A stretch of 64,000 nt of DNA from Verrucomicrobiia bacterium (GCA_963664225.1 OY760937.1:4512001-4576000), one strand, 5' to 3'; shown: positions 9,653 through 18,943, numbered from the stretch's first letter. Made by a program: numbers and translations. Notes: generated by a model not told the origin, from the letters alone.

Positions 9653-10704
9653 GGGGCAGATTGGGCCGGAACCGTTGCGGGTTGAGCGCGTTCAAAACGC
9701 GCTCCAATCGCCTGTTGACTGCCGCCGACCAAACTGATGTTCACGCCAATGTATGGTCCCTGCATCAAAGCATCAACCCCGGCGACACATTGCCAGGCGG
9801 CGGCGGCCATCAAACCTTCGCCCAGGATTCGTTTCGGGCTCAGGCGCGGATTGGTCCAATCGCGCCATGCCGCCAGTTCCGGCGCGCTGGAACGGAAGCT
9901 TTCGCTGGTGCCGTCGCAGAGCAGGTCGCCGGATTGATTTGCCGGCAACTCGCTGCGCATTGACTTTACAGCGGCAGTGCGGCAAGTGTGGTGGGTCATT
10001 GAATGCGCACTGGTAATGGCGGTCAGACCGGCCCCGATGGACCAGGCGGGATTGAGACTCAAGCACAAGGCGCCGGCACCCCCGCTGAGGATTGCCGAAT
10101 GTTCCAGGTGCCACAGCGCGTCGGCCAGCAACCAGTTGGTTTCCTCGGCGCCCACCACGACGCAGGCATCGACCTGCCGGTCCTCCAGCCAATCAATCGC
10201 GAGCGAGAGTCCCTGCAGGAACGTGCCGGGATCGCCGACCAGGGTGTAAACGGACGGTGTGTCGCCCAACAAGGCGCTCACATGGCTGGCCGGCGCCGAG
10301 AAGACCGTTTCAGGAAACAGGAGCGGGCTGGCCGTGGCCGGATCCTGGAGCGCTTCCGCCCAGAACCGGGAGGAATAAAGCACACATCCGGCATTGAGAC
10401 AGGAGATCACGCCCAGACGGCAATGGGGCCCGGCAATGGATTGCACTCGGGCCACAGCTTCCAATGTGGCCGATGCGGCGTAATGCGTAATGGGACTGGC
10501 GCGCCTTAAACGTGGATGGCTGAGAAATGCGGGACGACCGATTGGCGCAGGCACCGGGCGCGATCGCAACGGCTTGCTCCAGCCGGGTCTGAGCAATGGT
10601 TCAACCGGAAGTGGAACGCCCTGACTCAATGCCTGACGCATGGCCGCCACATCCCAGCCCGCTGGTGACACTGCTCCCACGCCGCAGACAAATACCTGGC
10701 TCAT
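9649..10704 (-). CDS. ketosynthase chain-length factor (KS-like, no catalytic Cys; ApeC-like)
   Basis: KS fold (GVGAVSPAG, SPLLFPETV, VVGAEE, LGEGL). The Cys position reads LVGDPG. ATGA overlap with the KS gene. Confidence 0.85.
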   Translation of the reverse strand: MSQVFVCGVGAVSPAGWDVAAMRQALSQGVPLPVEPLLRPGWSKPLRSRPVPAPIGRPAFLSHPRLRRASPITHYAASATLEAVARVQSIAGPHCRLGVISCLNAGCVLYSSRFWAEALQDPATASPLLFPETVFSAPASHVSALLGDTPSVYTLVGDPGTFLQGLSLAIDWLEDRQVDACVVVGAEETNWLLADALWHLEHSAILSGGAGALCLSLNPAWSIGAGLTAITSAHSMTHHTCRTAAVKSMRSELPANQSGDLLCDGTSESFRSSAPELAAWRDWTNPRLSPKRILGEGLMAAAAWQCVAGVDALMQGPYIGVNISLVGGSQQAIGARFERAQPATVPAQSAP

Positions 10705-11939
10705 GGCCACCTCCGAAAAAGCAGTGTGGCGTTGATTCCACCAAACCCAAATGAGTTTGAGAGCACCACGTTCAATGTTGCATCTTGAGGTTGTCGCACC
10801 ACAGGAAAGTTGCAGGCGGGATCGGGAGTTTCAACGTCGATTTCCGGCGGCAGCCACTGTTCCCGAAGCGTCATGAGACAAACGACGGCCTCCGCTGCTC
10901 CCGCTGCGCCGAGCAAGTGCCCGACGCTGGCTTTGGTGGAACTGACTGGCAAAGTTACCGCCCGCGCGCCGGCCCAACGGTTGATGGCGGTGGCTTCGGC
11001 AGAATCGTTCAAAGGCGTTCCTGTGCCGTGGGCGTTGATATAGTCCACCTCGGCCGGCTCGATGCGGGCCGACTTGCAGGCCAGATTCATCGCCGCCAGT
11101 GCGCCGTCCCCCTGAGGATGGGGCTGGGTCAAATGATGCCTATCGATGGTCGAACCGTAACCGATGATTTCTCCCAGGATGAAGGCACCACGGCGCCTGG
11201 CATGCGGCAAGGACTCCAATGCCAGCACACCTGCTCCTTCGCCCAAAAGCAGGCCGTTGCGAGCGGCATCAAACGGACGGCATGTCGTTGGTGAAAGCAC
11301 CTGAAGCGAGTCGAAGCCCGCATAGACCATCTGGCTGTGGGCATCGTAACCCCCGGCCAAAATTCGCTCCGCATGGCCGTGGCGAATCATCTGCCAGGCG
11401 AGCCCGACCGCGTCGCTGCCCGAAGCGCAGGCGTTGGACACAATGCGCACCGGCCCAGTGAAACCCAAGGCTTCGCTGACGGCCCGGGCCTGGGTCTGCG
11501 CCTGGTAATGGAGCGCGCGGGTGGGTTGGCGACCATGGTGGCTGGGAGTTTCCACCGCCTGACGATAATAATCCTCGCCCAGGTTCATGCCGCCAGCCGT
11601 GGTTCCGAGTACGAACGGCAAATCTTCCGCAGACTGCCAACCCGATTGCTCCCAGGCTTCATGGGCGGCGAGCAGAAGCAATTTCGCCCCACGATCCAGC
11701 CGAGCCGCCTGCCGCGTGGTCAACTGGCCCATGGGGATGCTCTGTGGCAAATCCACCTCCGCGGCTAATTTGACCTTTTGGCGGCTGACATCAAAAAGAG
11801 TCACAGGGCGCGCGGTTGTGCGACCGACGCGAAAGCCCCCTGCATTGCTTTTCCAACCAATGCCCAAGGCCGAGACAATACCGGCACCGGTGATCACCAC
11901 TCTCGGCGGTTCGGCGGGTCTATTTATCGGATAGAGCAT
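10701..11939 (-). CDS. fabF: beta-ketoacyl-ACP synthase (FabF/ApeO-like)
   Basis: SNACASG (Cys), NAHGTGT, GHLLGAAG, SNSFGFGG. Intact Cys-His-His triad. Confidence 0.93.
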   Translation of the reverse strand: MLYPINRPAEPPRVVITGAGIVSALGIGWKSNAGGFRVGRTTARPVTLFDVSRQKVKLAAEVDLPQSIPMGQLTTRQAARLDRGAKLLLLAAHEAWEQSGWQSAEDLPFVLGTTAGGMNLGEDYYRQAVETPSHHGRQPTRALHYQAQTQARAVSEALGFTGPVRIVSNACASGSDAVGLAWQMIRHGHAERILAGGYDAHSQMVYAGFDSLQVLSPTTCRPFDAARNGLLLGEGAGVLALESLPHARRRGAFILGEIIGYGSTIDRHHLTQPHPQGDGALAAMNLACKSARIEPAEVDYINAHGTGTPLNDSAEATAINRWAGARAVTLPVSSTKASVGHLLGAAGAAEAVVCLMTLREQWLPPEIDVETPDPACNFPVVRQPQDATLNVVLSNSFGFGGINATLLFRRWP

Positions 11940-13245
11940 GTCGCGCAAGTTTATGTACGCTTTGGCGAAAGCCAAGGTTCATTGGGTAAAAAAGGTTCTT
12001 CCACGCGGTGGTGCCCCAGAGGCGTTTGACGATTGAGGGAATGGTATAGACCTCTTTGAGGGCGCCGAAATAGCCCCTCAGAAGTTGATCTGGAGTGAAG
12101 TGTTTTGGCTGAAACACCACATGGTTGGCGTCATAGAGGGACCAATCGCGGCTGATAATACGGCCCTCATCCTCCAGGCGTTTGTGCAGCCGCGTGCCGG
12201 GATAAGGAGTGAGAATCGAAAAATAGGCCACCTCGAGCTTGGCCTTTTCGACGAAGTCCAGGGTCCGATCGAAAACGCCCTCATCATCCGTGTCGAAACC
12301 GAAAACAAACGAACCGTCGATGCCAATGCCGTGGTCATGAATGCGATGCACCACGTCCATATAATCCTGGGGCCGGTTGACGCGTTTGCCCACCGACTCG
12401 AGGGTTTGGGACGAGAGCGTTTCGAAACCGAGAAACAGCCCCCGGCAACCGCTTTGCTGACAAAGTTTCAACAGAGCGTCGTCTTTGGCGATGTTCATTG
12501 AAGTCTGGCCGAACCATTGCAGGCCCATATCACTGATGCGGGTCAGCAGTTCGTGAGCATACGCACGATTGCTGATGATGTTGTCATCGACAAAGAAAAG
12601 GCAGTTTTTGAGAGTGAACCGGCCACCAAACGGCTCCAGACCCTGCAATTCGGACAGGACTTCCTCAATGGGGCGGTTGCGGTAACGGCCTCCAAACGCG
12701 CTGGTAACGGCGCAGAATTCACAATTAATGGGACAGCCCCGGGTGGTTTCCACAAAATGCACCGGCAGATATTTTTTGGGCCGGTAGAGATTCCAATCCG
12801 GCTGGGGCAATTCCGCCAGCGGAGGCAAATCGCCCGTGTGCTCGTAGATGGGCTCAAGCTGGTTTCGTTCCAGGTCCCGCAGCAGGCGCGGCCACAGCCC
12901 TTCGGCCTCCGCCACCACCACACTATCGCAATGCTGCAAGGCTTCCTGAGGCAGGCACGATACATGCATTCCGCCCATGACCACTTTGATCCCCTTGCGA
13001 CGAAAGTGGTCGGCAATCTCGTAACCGCGCTGCGCCGTGGTTGTCATGGTGCTGATGCCCACCAAATCAGCTTCGAGTTCCAAGTCGAGAGTTTCGACCC
13101 GCTCGTCCACCAGCGTCACATCCCAATCTGGCGGAGTAAGAGCGGCGACTTTCAACAGCCCCAGCGAGGGCATGCGAAAGAAGAAACTACCGCCCATGAG
13201 GCTGTTTTTCGCCAGAGGAGAAATGAGTAAAAGCCGCTTGTTCAT
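11920..13245 (-). CDS. cobalamin-binding radical SAM enzyme (class B methyltransferase-like)
   Basis: N-terminal B12 domain (PSLGL, DLVGIS, GGMHVS). TRGCPINCEFC motif, FVDDN, TPYPGT. ATGA overlap with the upstream rSAM gene. Confidence 0.92.
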   Translation of the reverse strand: MNKRLLLISPLAKNSLMGGSFFFRMPSLGLLKVAALTPPDWDVTLVDERVETLDLELEADLVGISTMTTTAQRGYEIADHFRRKGIKVVMGGMHVSCLPQEALQHCDSVVVAEAEGLWPRLLRDLERNQLEPIYEHTGDLPPLAELPQPDWNLYRPKKYLPVHFVETTRGCPINCEFCAVTSAFGGRYRNRPIEEVLSELQGLEPFGGRFTLKNCLFFVDDNIISNRAYAHELLTRISDMGLQWFGQTSMNIAKDDALLKLCQQSGCRGLFLGFETLSSQTLESVGKRVNRPQDYMDVVHRIHDHGIGIDGSFVFGFDTDDEGVFDRTLDFVEKAKLEVAYFSILTPYPGTRLHKRLEDEGRIISRDWSLYDANHVVFQPKHFTPDQLLRGYFGALKEVYTIPSIVKRLWGTTAWKNLFYPMNLGFRQSVHKLARHALSDK

Positions 13246-14654
13246 TTGAAAGGGCTGCTGTCGGCCCCTTGGGGCCAAAGTCGCTGGATGACTGAAAAAT
13301 AACTCCACAACGGGCCAACCACACCGCGTCGGCGCAACCGTTCGACCAGTTCGGTGTAGGCGGGTGCGGGATCGCCCACCACCCAATTGGGCGAAAGGCG
13401 GGCGAATTCACGCAACTGTTCAAACACCGCGCCATTATTCAAGCCCGGAGCCAGATAGTAGTGTGGATAGAGCAGAACTTGCGCTGGTTGAATCTGGCCC
13501 TCCACCACTGCCCGGTTGTAAAGGTCGGTTTGTGGATAGATACGCATTCCCACCACGGCCATGATCGTCGAGTCGCGAAGTTGCTTCGCATTCTCAAAGC
13601 CCTGGCGGAGGCTTGCCATGGTTTCGCCAGGACCGCCCGCGATGAGAAAGTGGCAGCAATCCATATGCGTTTTGCGGGCCAACTCCGTCGAAAACAAAAT
13701 ATCTTCGAAGCTGAATCCTTTCTGGTAGGCGTGGAGCACGTCATCGCAAAAACTATCCGAACCAAATTCGACATGGGCCAGTCCGGCACGGGCCATGAGC
13801 TGCATCAGTTCGGCAGTCAGACCTTGCGGACGCAGGAAGCAGCCCCAGGAGATTTTGACACCCCGACGAAGGATGGCTTCACAAATCTCCTCAACATGCT
13901 GTCGGGAGGAATTGAACACCGAATCGACAATGAACGCATATTTGACGTTCAAGCGCTCCAGTTGGGAAAATTCCTCGGCCACCAGTTCCGCTGGACGCCG
14001 CCGATGTCCCCGTCCCTCCACAACCGGATAGGTGCAGTAGCAGCAGCGATAGGCACAACCGCGCTGGGTTTGGACGTTGAGGACTCCGCTGGTGTTTCGA
14101 TAGCGGTCCACCACCGCAACAGGTCTGTCCGATTCCATCACCACACTGTCGAAAGGCCGTGGCTCGGGCGGATTGATCATTACCTGACCATTCTTTCGAT
14201 GAACCAGTCCTGGAATACCCTCCCAGTTTTTGCCTTCTTCAAGGCTTTGAATTAGGCGCGTCAGGCTCGATTCGCCTTCGCCAGAGATGCCAAAATCGGC
14301 TCCTGAGAGTTCGAGCAATTGGGCGGGGAATATGGTAAAGCCGCTGCCTCCAAGAATAATGCGGCGGACATTATGATGACGGATGGTGGCACAGATGGAG
14401 GGCAGATCGTCGAAGAAAGTCTGTTGTTTGCGGATGATCACATCGTCAATGTTCCGCAAGGATATGCCCACAAAATCTGGGTGAAAGGATTCGAGCGTCG
14501 CATCGAGCTGGTCGGCCTGGTCGAGAAGATCCAGCCAGAGGCATTCATGGCCGGACTGGCGCAGGGCCGCCTGCAGATAGGTCAGCCCCAAGGGAAAGAC
14601 CCGCTCGGGATTCGCACACCGGTTGGCGCTAATTAGAAGAATCCGGCTCGGCAT
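13242..14654 (-). CDS. lipid-biosynthesis B12-binding radical SAM protein (resembles TIGR04072, the ladderane-cluster family)
   Basis: ILLISAN...VFPLG, GISLRNID, GGSGF, VQTQRGCAYRCCYCTYP, VDSVFN, GMRIYPQT. Family recognised from memory. Confidence 0.85.
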   Translation of the reverse strand: MPSRILLISANRCANPERVFPLGLTYLQAALRQSGHECLWLDLLDQADQLDATLESFHPDFVGISLRNIDDVIIRKQQTFFDDLPSICATIRHHNVRRIILGGSGFTIFPAQLLELSGADFGISGEGESSLTRLIQSLEEGKNWEGIPGLVHRKNGQVMINPPEPRPFDSVVMESDRPVAVVDRYRNTSGVLNVQTQRGCAYRCCYCTYPVVEGRGHRRRPAELVAEEFSQLERLNVKYAFIVDSVFNSSRQHVEEICEAILRRGVKISWGCFLRPQGLTAELMQLMARAGLAHVEFGSDSFCDDVLHAYQKGFSFEDILFSTELARKTHMDCCHFLIAGGPGETMASLRQGFENAKQLRDSTIMAVVGMRIYPQTDLYNRAVVEGQIQPAQVLLYPHYYLAPGLNNGAVFEQLREFARLSPNWVVGDPAPAYTELVERLRRRGVVGPLWSYFSVIQRLWPQGADSSPFK

Positions 14655-14791
14655 CGTTTTTCATGCCCCAACGTTTGAATTTGATGCAATGCGCCACATC
14701 TAGGACTGAGGTTCTAGCCGTGAACACGTCCCAGGCGCAACATTAAATGGATTCTCTTCAATTATATCGGCCAATCCTGTAGATTGGGGTT

Positions 14792-15523
14792 GTGGATTCG
14801 AATTGGCCTGAAAGGGGCGCGGCTGTGGTTCCGTGCATTAACGAAGCCGCCACCATCGGAAGAGTGGTGGGCGAACTGCGCGCCTTTCTGCCGAAGGTCA
14901 TCATTGTGGACGATGGCTCGACCGATGCAACCGCCGTCATCGCGACCCAGGCAGGGGCGGGAGTGGTGCGCCATTCAAGGAACTTGGGCAAAGGGGCCGC
15001 TTTAAAGACAGGCTTTGCCGCAGCCATCGATGCGGGCGCCGAATGGGCCGTGATGCTGGACGGGGACGGTCAGCACAAGCCAATGGATATTCCCGCCATA
15101 CTAACCTGCGCACAAACCACCGGTGCGCCACTTGTGGTAGGGAATCGGATGCACGATAAGCGAGCCATTCCCTGGCTACGACGGCAGGTGAACGCAGGCA
15201 TGAGCCGCGCAATCTCGCGTCATCTCGGCCATCATCTTCCAGATACGCAGTGCGGTTTTCGATTTGTGGACCTGAAAGTGTGGCGCACGTTGTCGATCCG
15301 AAGCTGCCATTTCGAGATCGAGTCGGAGATGCTGGCGGCTTTCATTCTCGCGGGCTGCCGGGTGGAGTTTGTTCCGATTCAGGTGGTTGGGTGCGGGCCA
15401 TGCAGCCGTATTCGCCCAATTCGAGACACCTGGCGCTGGCTCAAATGGTGGGTCTCGCTCCTCAAACCTGTCGCATTCGACTTGCGCGAGAGTCCCCCGG
15501 CAGCGCATCCTCCTGCCCAATGA
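14792..15523 (+). CDS. glycosyltransferase family 2 (DPM1-like)
   Basis: VVPCINE, VDDGSTD, NLGKGAA, LDGDGQH, DTQCGFR, FEIESE. Confidence 0.92.
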   Translation: MDSNWPERGAAVVPCINEAATIGRVVGELRAFLPKVIIVDDGSTDATAVIATQAGAGVVRHSRNLGKGAALKTGFAAAIDAGAEWAVMLDGDGQHKPMDIPAILTCAQTTGAPLVVGNRMHDKRAIPWLRRQVNAGMSRAISRHLGHHLPDTQCGFRFVDLKVWRTLSIRSCHFEIESEMLAAFILAGCRVEFVPIQVVGCGPCSRIRPIRDTWRWLKWWVSLLKPVAFDLRESPPAAHPPAQ

Positions 15524-15885
15524 TACCGACTGCCTCCAGTCTCAAACCAGTGTCGGCCCGTCGTGGTTGGGCAAATCGCCTGGCACGGAAGGTCCTGTCT
15601 CTTGTGGTCGCGGGGATTGTACTGGGTTGGGCCTACGAATGGGCGGCCGTGCGTTTCTACCAGGCAGACCGTACGGCAGGTTTCTGGCACGGAACGATGC
15701 ACGGTGCGTTAATGCCCGCGGCCCTGCCGAGCCTGTTGTTGGGCAAGGACGTCCCTATTTTCGCCGGAAACAACACAGGGCGCACTTACAAACTTGGCTA
15801 CATCACCGGTATTAACGCCTGCGGATTGCTCTTCTTTGGCCTGGCCTTCCGAAATCCAAAATCGACCACCGACCCAGAGGCGTAG
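15520..15885 (+). CDS. small hypothetical membrane protein, translationally coupled to GT2
   Basis: ATGA overlap at 15520-15523. Hydrophobic helices with GFWHG..HG and YKLGY..G motifs. Confidence 0.7.
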   Translation: MIPTASSLKPVSARRGWANRLARKVLSLVVAGIVLGWAYEWAAVRFYQADRTAGFWHGTMHGALMPAALPSLLLGKDVPIFAGNNTGRTYKLGYITGINACGLLFFGLAFRNPKSTTDPEA

Positions 15886-15900
15886 GAACTGGCGATTCGT

Positions 15901-16635
15901 TCAGTAAAACCAACCGCGATACACCTCGATGACATCCAATGGGCCACCCGCCCAGTAGTGGTTCTGCGGGAATGAAAACGTCCGTTGCGTCTGGTCATAA
16001 ACCAACTGAGTCGGCGCAGCCGGTTGGTTGGGATCATACGCAGAGAAGCAAATATTCTCATCCGACCTGGCCAGATTAAAGAGTGTGATGCCATGATTGA
16101 TGGTCAATTGCGGAAAGCGAACCAGATGGACAATGGGATCCGGTTTGGTTTTAAACGCATGAATCAGCCGTTCGGCCATGTCCTCCTGATGATTGCGTGA
16201 AATCGGGAAAACCATCCGCCAATGACTGCGCAGGAAATAGGATTGCCAGGCGCCGCCGCAATGGGCCTTGAGGACCGGTTCCTGGGCGCGGCTGAAGGAT
16301 CGAAGACAGTCGTAGCCTGGAATCATTATCCGACTGCTTTCAGGGCTGGGCACCCTTGGGTCGCGCTGAACAACCGCGCGAATCAACCGGGCATAAGTGG
16401 AGGCGTCCGCCACAGGTTCGTTCGGGGCAAACCGGGCATGATAAAAGAACTGCCGGGCGGAGCGCACCATTACAAAGCAGCGGTGCGCATAGGTTGGGGG
16501 AGGGGAGTTGCGCCGGGTGGTCAGGGCTCCGGTTGCGGGATCGAACCGATACTCCCAGAACAATTCGTTGGCGAATGCAAAGGTGTCCTGCTCGAAGTTG
16601 AAAGGGCGGTTCTGGTGGTCAACATCGCAAATCAT
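15901..16635 (-). CDS. hypothetical protein with a papain-like Cys-His-Asp arrangement
   Basis: RCFVM (Cys), INHGI (His), AYDPN (Asp). 244 aa ORF filling the gap in the cluster. Confidence 0.7.
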   Translation of the reverse strand: MICDVDHQNRPFNFEQDTFAFANELFWEYRFDPATGALTTRRNSPPPTYAHRCFVMVRSARQFFYHARFAPNEPVADASTYARLIRAVVQRDPRVPSPESSRIMIPGYDCLRSFSRAQEPVLKAHCGGAWQSYFLRSHWRMVFPISRNHQEDMAERLIHAFKTKPDPIVHLVRFPQLTINHGITLFNLARSDENICFSAYDPNQPAAPTQLVYDQTQRTFSFPQNHYWAGGPLDVIEVYRGWFY

Positions 16636-16674
16636 GCTTGCGGCAGACTCTAGCGATTGATTAGGAAGGTGTAA

Positions 16675-18012
16675 ATGCTGTTCAACCTATGGAGCGAAAT
16701 CGCCCGCCATCACGCCAGTGAACCGGCCCTTTGGGACCTGACTGCCGGTCGGCGATGGAGCTTTCGAGACTTGGCCGAAGCGGCTGAGAGATCCGGCCCC
16801 GTTACTCAACCCATGGTCCACCCGACTTTTCGTTCCCTGACGGAACAAGGCCTGCGAGAGAGATCCGGCCCCGTTACTCAACCCATGGTCCACCCCCAGG
16901 GAAACGGCGCGGAATTCATCCTGACCGTTTTACGGGCCTGGCGGGACGGAGTCGTGGTCTGTCCATTGGAACCCTATCAAACCCCGCCGCCGATACCCCA
17001 GCCACCTGACGGCTGCAAGCATCTGAAGTTAACGTCGGCCACTTCTGGCGCGGCGAGAATGATTGCCTTCACGGAAGAGCAGTTGGCTGCAGACGCCATT
17101 AATATCGTTCAAACGATGGGATTGCGGCCTGAGTGGCCGAATCTGGGTGCAATCTCAATGGCCCATTCTTACGGATTCTCAAACCTCGTGTTGCCACTCT
17201 TGCTGCACGGAATTCCGCTCATCCTCGCGCCATCCGCGCTGCCCGAGATGGTCCGTCGTGCCGCTGCAGATCACCCCTTCGTGACACTGGCGGGGGTGCC
17301 GGCGCTGTGGAGGGCCTGGCACGAGTCCGGAGCCATTCCGGCCAACGTTGCGCTGGCCATCTCAGCGGGTGCGCCTCTTTCCATTGAGCTGGAGCGGGCG
17401 GTGCATTCGGGCTGCGGTCTGAAAATCCATAATTTCTACGGTTCGTCCGAATGCGGCGGGATTGCCTACGACGACACCACGACGCCCCGCGTTGAGGAAG
17501 GTCTAGTTGGGCGTGCCATGCGGAATGTGGATTTGTCTTTGACCAATCAAGGCTGTCTCGAGGTTCGCAGCCGGGCCGTGGGAGAAACCTATTGTCCGGA
17601 AATGAACGAGTCCCTGGGAAACGGGCGTTTTCAAACGAGCGACCTTGCAGAATTTCATAACGGCGCGCTTTATTTGCGTGGACGACTCGGCGATCTCATT
17701 AACGTGGCCGGCCGCAAAGTCTCACCCGGAGCCATCGAACAGGTCCTGCGGGGTCATCCCGCCGTAAAGGAATGCCTCGTTTTTGGCGCGCCCGATGTGC
17801 AAGGCGAGCGGACGGATCGCATTGTGGCGTGCGTGGTGGCCAATGGCAGCGGACTGGCGAATGCTGAGCCTCTCCGGCAGTTTCTGCTGCGCAGCCTGCC
17901 CGCCTGGCAGATGCCCCGGGACTGGTGGTTTGTGGATTCTTTAAGTCCCAACAGCCGGGGTAAAATCTCCCGTGCGGAATGGAGACAGCGATACATCACG
18001 CGCCAGGAATAG
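16675..18012 (+). CDS. class I adenylate-forming enzyme (acyl-CoA/acyl-ACP ligase, ApeH-like)
   Basis: LTSATSG, HSYG, SAGAPL, YGSSECG, FQTSDLA, GRLGDLINVAGRKV, GKISR. Confidence 0.88.
   Translation: MLFNLWSEIARHHASEPALWDLTAGRRWSFRDLAEAAERSGPVTQPMVHPTFRSLTEQGLRERSGPVTQPMVHPQGNGAEFILTVLRAWRDGVVVCPLEPYQTPPPIPQPPDGCKHLKLTSATSGAARMIAFTEEQLAADAINIVQTMGLRPEWPNLGAISMAHSYGFSNLVLPLLLHGIPLILAPSALPEMVRRAAADHPFVTLAGVPALWRAWHESGAIPANVALAISAGAPLSIELERAVHSGCGLKIHNFYGSSECGGIAYDDTTTPRVEEGLVGRAMRNVDLSLTNQGCLEVRSRAVGETYCPEMNESLGNGRFQTSDLAEFHNGALYLRGRLGDLINVAGRKVSPGAIEQVLRGHPAVKECLVFGAPDVQGERTDRIVACVVANGSGLANAEPLRQFLLRSLPAWQMPRDWWFVDSLSPNSRGKISRAEWRQRYITRQE
16786..16895 (+). repeat. perfect 38 bp direct repeat (16786-16823, 16858-16895) around a 34 bp spacer, in frame within the ligase gene
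   Basis: GAGAGATCCGGCCCCGTTACTCAACCCATGGTCCACCC occurs twice. The peptide ERSGPVTQPMVHP is duplicated. Confidence 0.95.
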
Positions 18013-18084
18013 TGCGTTGCATCGTTGCATCGGGGCACAGTTTCCCCACTTGACGAATGGGTTCTTTAAGGGAAGTGTCTTTAA

Positions 18085-18459
18085 ATGAATAAGTGCCATA
18101 TCTTTTCGCTGGCTGCGGTGTCCGCAACGTTGCTGCTCGTGGGTTGTGTCAATACTCCAATAGATCCCAGTGCGGAGCGCGGTCCCCAAGGCACCATTCT
18201 TTATGAGGTCAAGGTGGAGGCCAGCGATCCGGGCACCAAGATCGAGGCGAACGGAGATTATGTTGGTCAGGCCCCGTGCGTTATTAAGATTTATGGCGAC
18301 CCTGACGGCACATTCCATAATTTCGGCCGATACGATTACACCATCAGGGCGTTCCCAGGCAATTCCAGTCTTCATGAGAAGGTGAAAGTGTTCCGCACTG
18401 GCGGCTGGTTTACACCAGAAGACCTGATTCCCAAACGGATCTATTTCGATATGAAATAA
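18085..18459 (+). CDS. small lipoprotein with a PEGA-like domain
   Basis: Lipobox LLVGC. SDPGTKIEANGDYVGQAP resembles the PEGA S-P-GA-v-vdG--vG-tP pattern. Confidence 0.7.
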   Translation: MNKCHIFSLAAVSATLLLVGCVNTPIDPSAERGPQGTILYEVKVEASDPGTKIEANGDYVGQAPCVIKIYGDPDGTFHNFGRYDYTIRAFPGNSSLHEKVKVFRTGGWFTPEDLIPKRIYFDMK

Positions 18460-18507
18460 CCGACGTGCGGACCGGCTGAAGGTTTCGCACGATGACGCCC
18501 TGAAATC

Positions 18508-18939
18508 TCAAGGCGCGCCGCTCAATGTGAGATCGGCCTGCAGGACGAGTTGATCACCGACAAATCCCCTGGCGTGCGCCTGAACAAGGCTCCCCATGCG
18601 GCCTGTCAATTGAGCTTCAAGGCGCAGCACTTCTCCGGGGCGGGCTGTGCCTAGAATTTTAACCCCGCGCAATGCGGTCAGCTTCAGCCCTGCGAGCGGC
18701 GGTGTAATGGGATCGCTCTGGGTTATCACTCCAGCCAATTGGGCGGCGGCTTCCACCAGCAGCACGCCAGGAAATATTGGTTCCCCCGGGAAATGACCTT
18801 TCAGGAACGGTTCGTCTCCGCGAACCCGGTATTCTCCCACGCCTTCCCTGCCGGGGATCAGGCTTAAAAGCCGGTCCAGAAACCGGAACTCAGGGCCGTG
18901 TGGCAGAGTTTTGAGCGCCGCTTCCAGAACATTCTCCAT
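18508..18939 (-). CDS. fabZ: 3-hydroxyacyl-ACP dehydratase (FabA/FabZ hotdog fold, ApeI-like)
   Basis: LPHGPEFRFLD, GHFPGEPIFPGVLLVE, RPGE. Confidence 0.9.
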   Translation of the reverse strand: MENVLEAALKTLPHGPEFRFLDRLLSLIPGREGVGEYRVRGDEPFLKGHFPGEPIFPGVLLVEAAAQLAGVITQSDPITPPLAGLKLTALRGVKILGTARPGEVLRLEAQLTGRMGSLVQAHARGFVGDQLVLQADLTLSGAP

Positions 18940-18943
18940 ACTC

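Noticed and set aside
11920..14654. Claiming the organism makes ladderanes
   Set aside because: Family resemblance of one rSAM enzyme is not enough. Similar clusters occur in non-anammox bacteria and the product cannot be read from sequence.
16786..16895. Calling the 38/34/38 bp structure a bona fide CRISPR array
   Set aside because: There are only two repeats, they lie inside a coding sequence, and there is no leader or cas gene in the window. Kept as a repeat and a hypothesis only.
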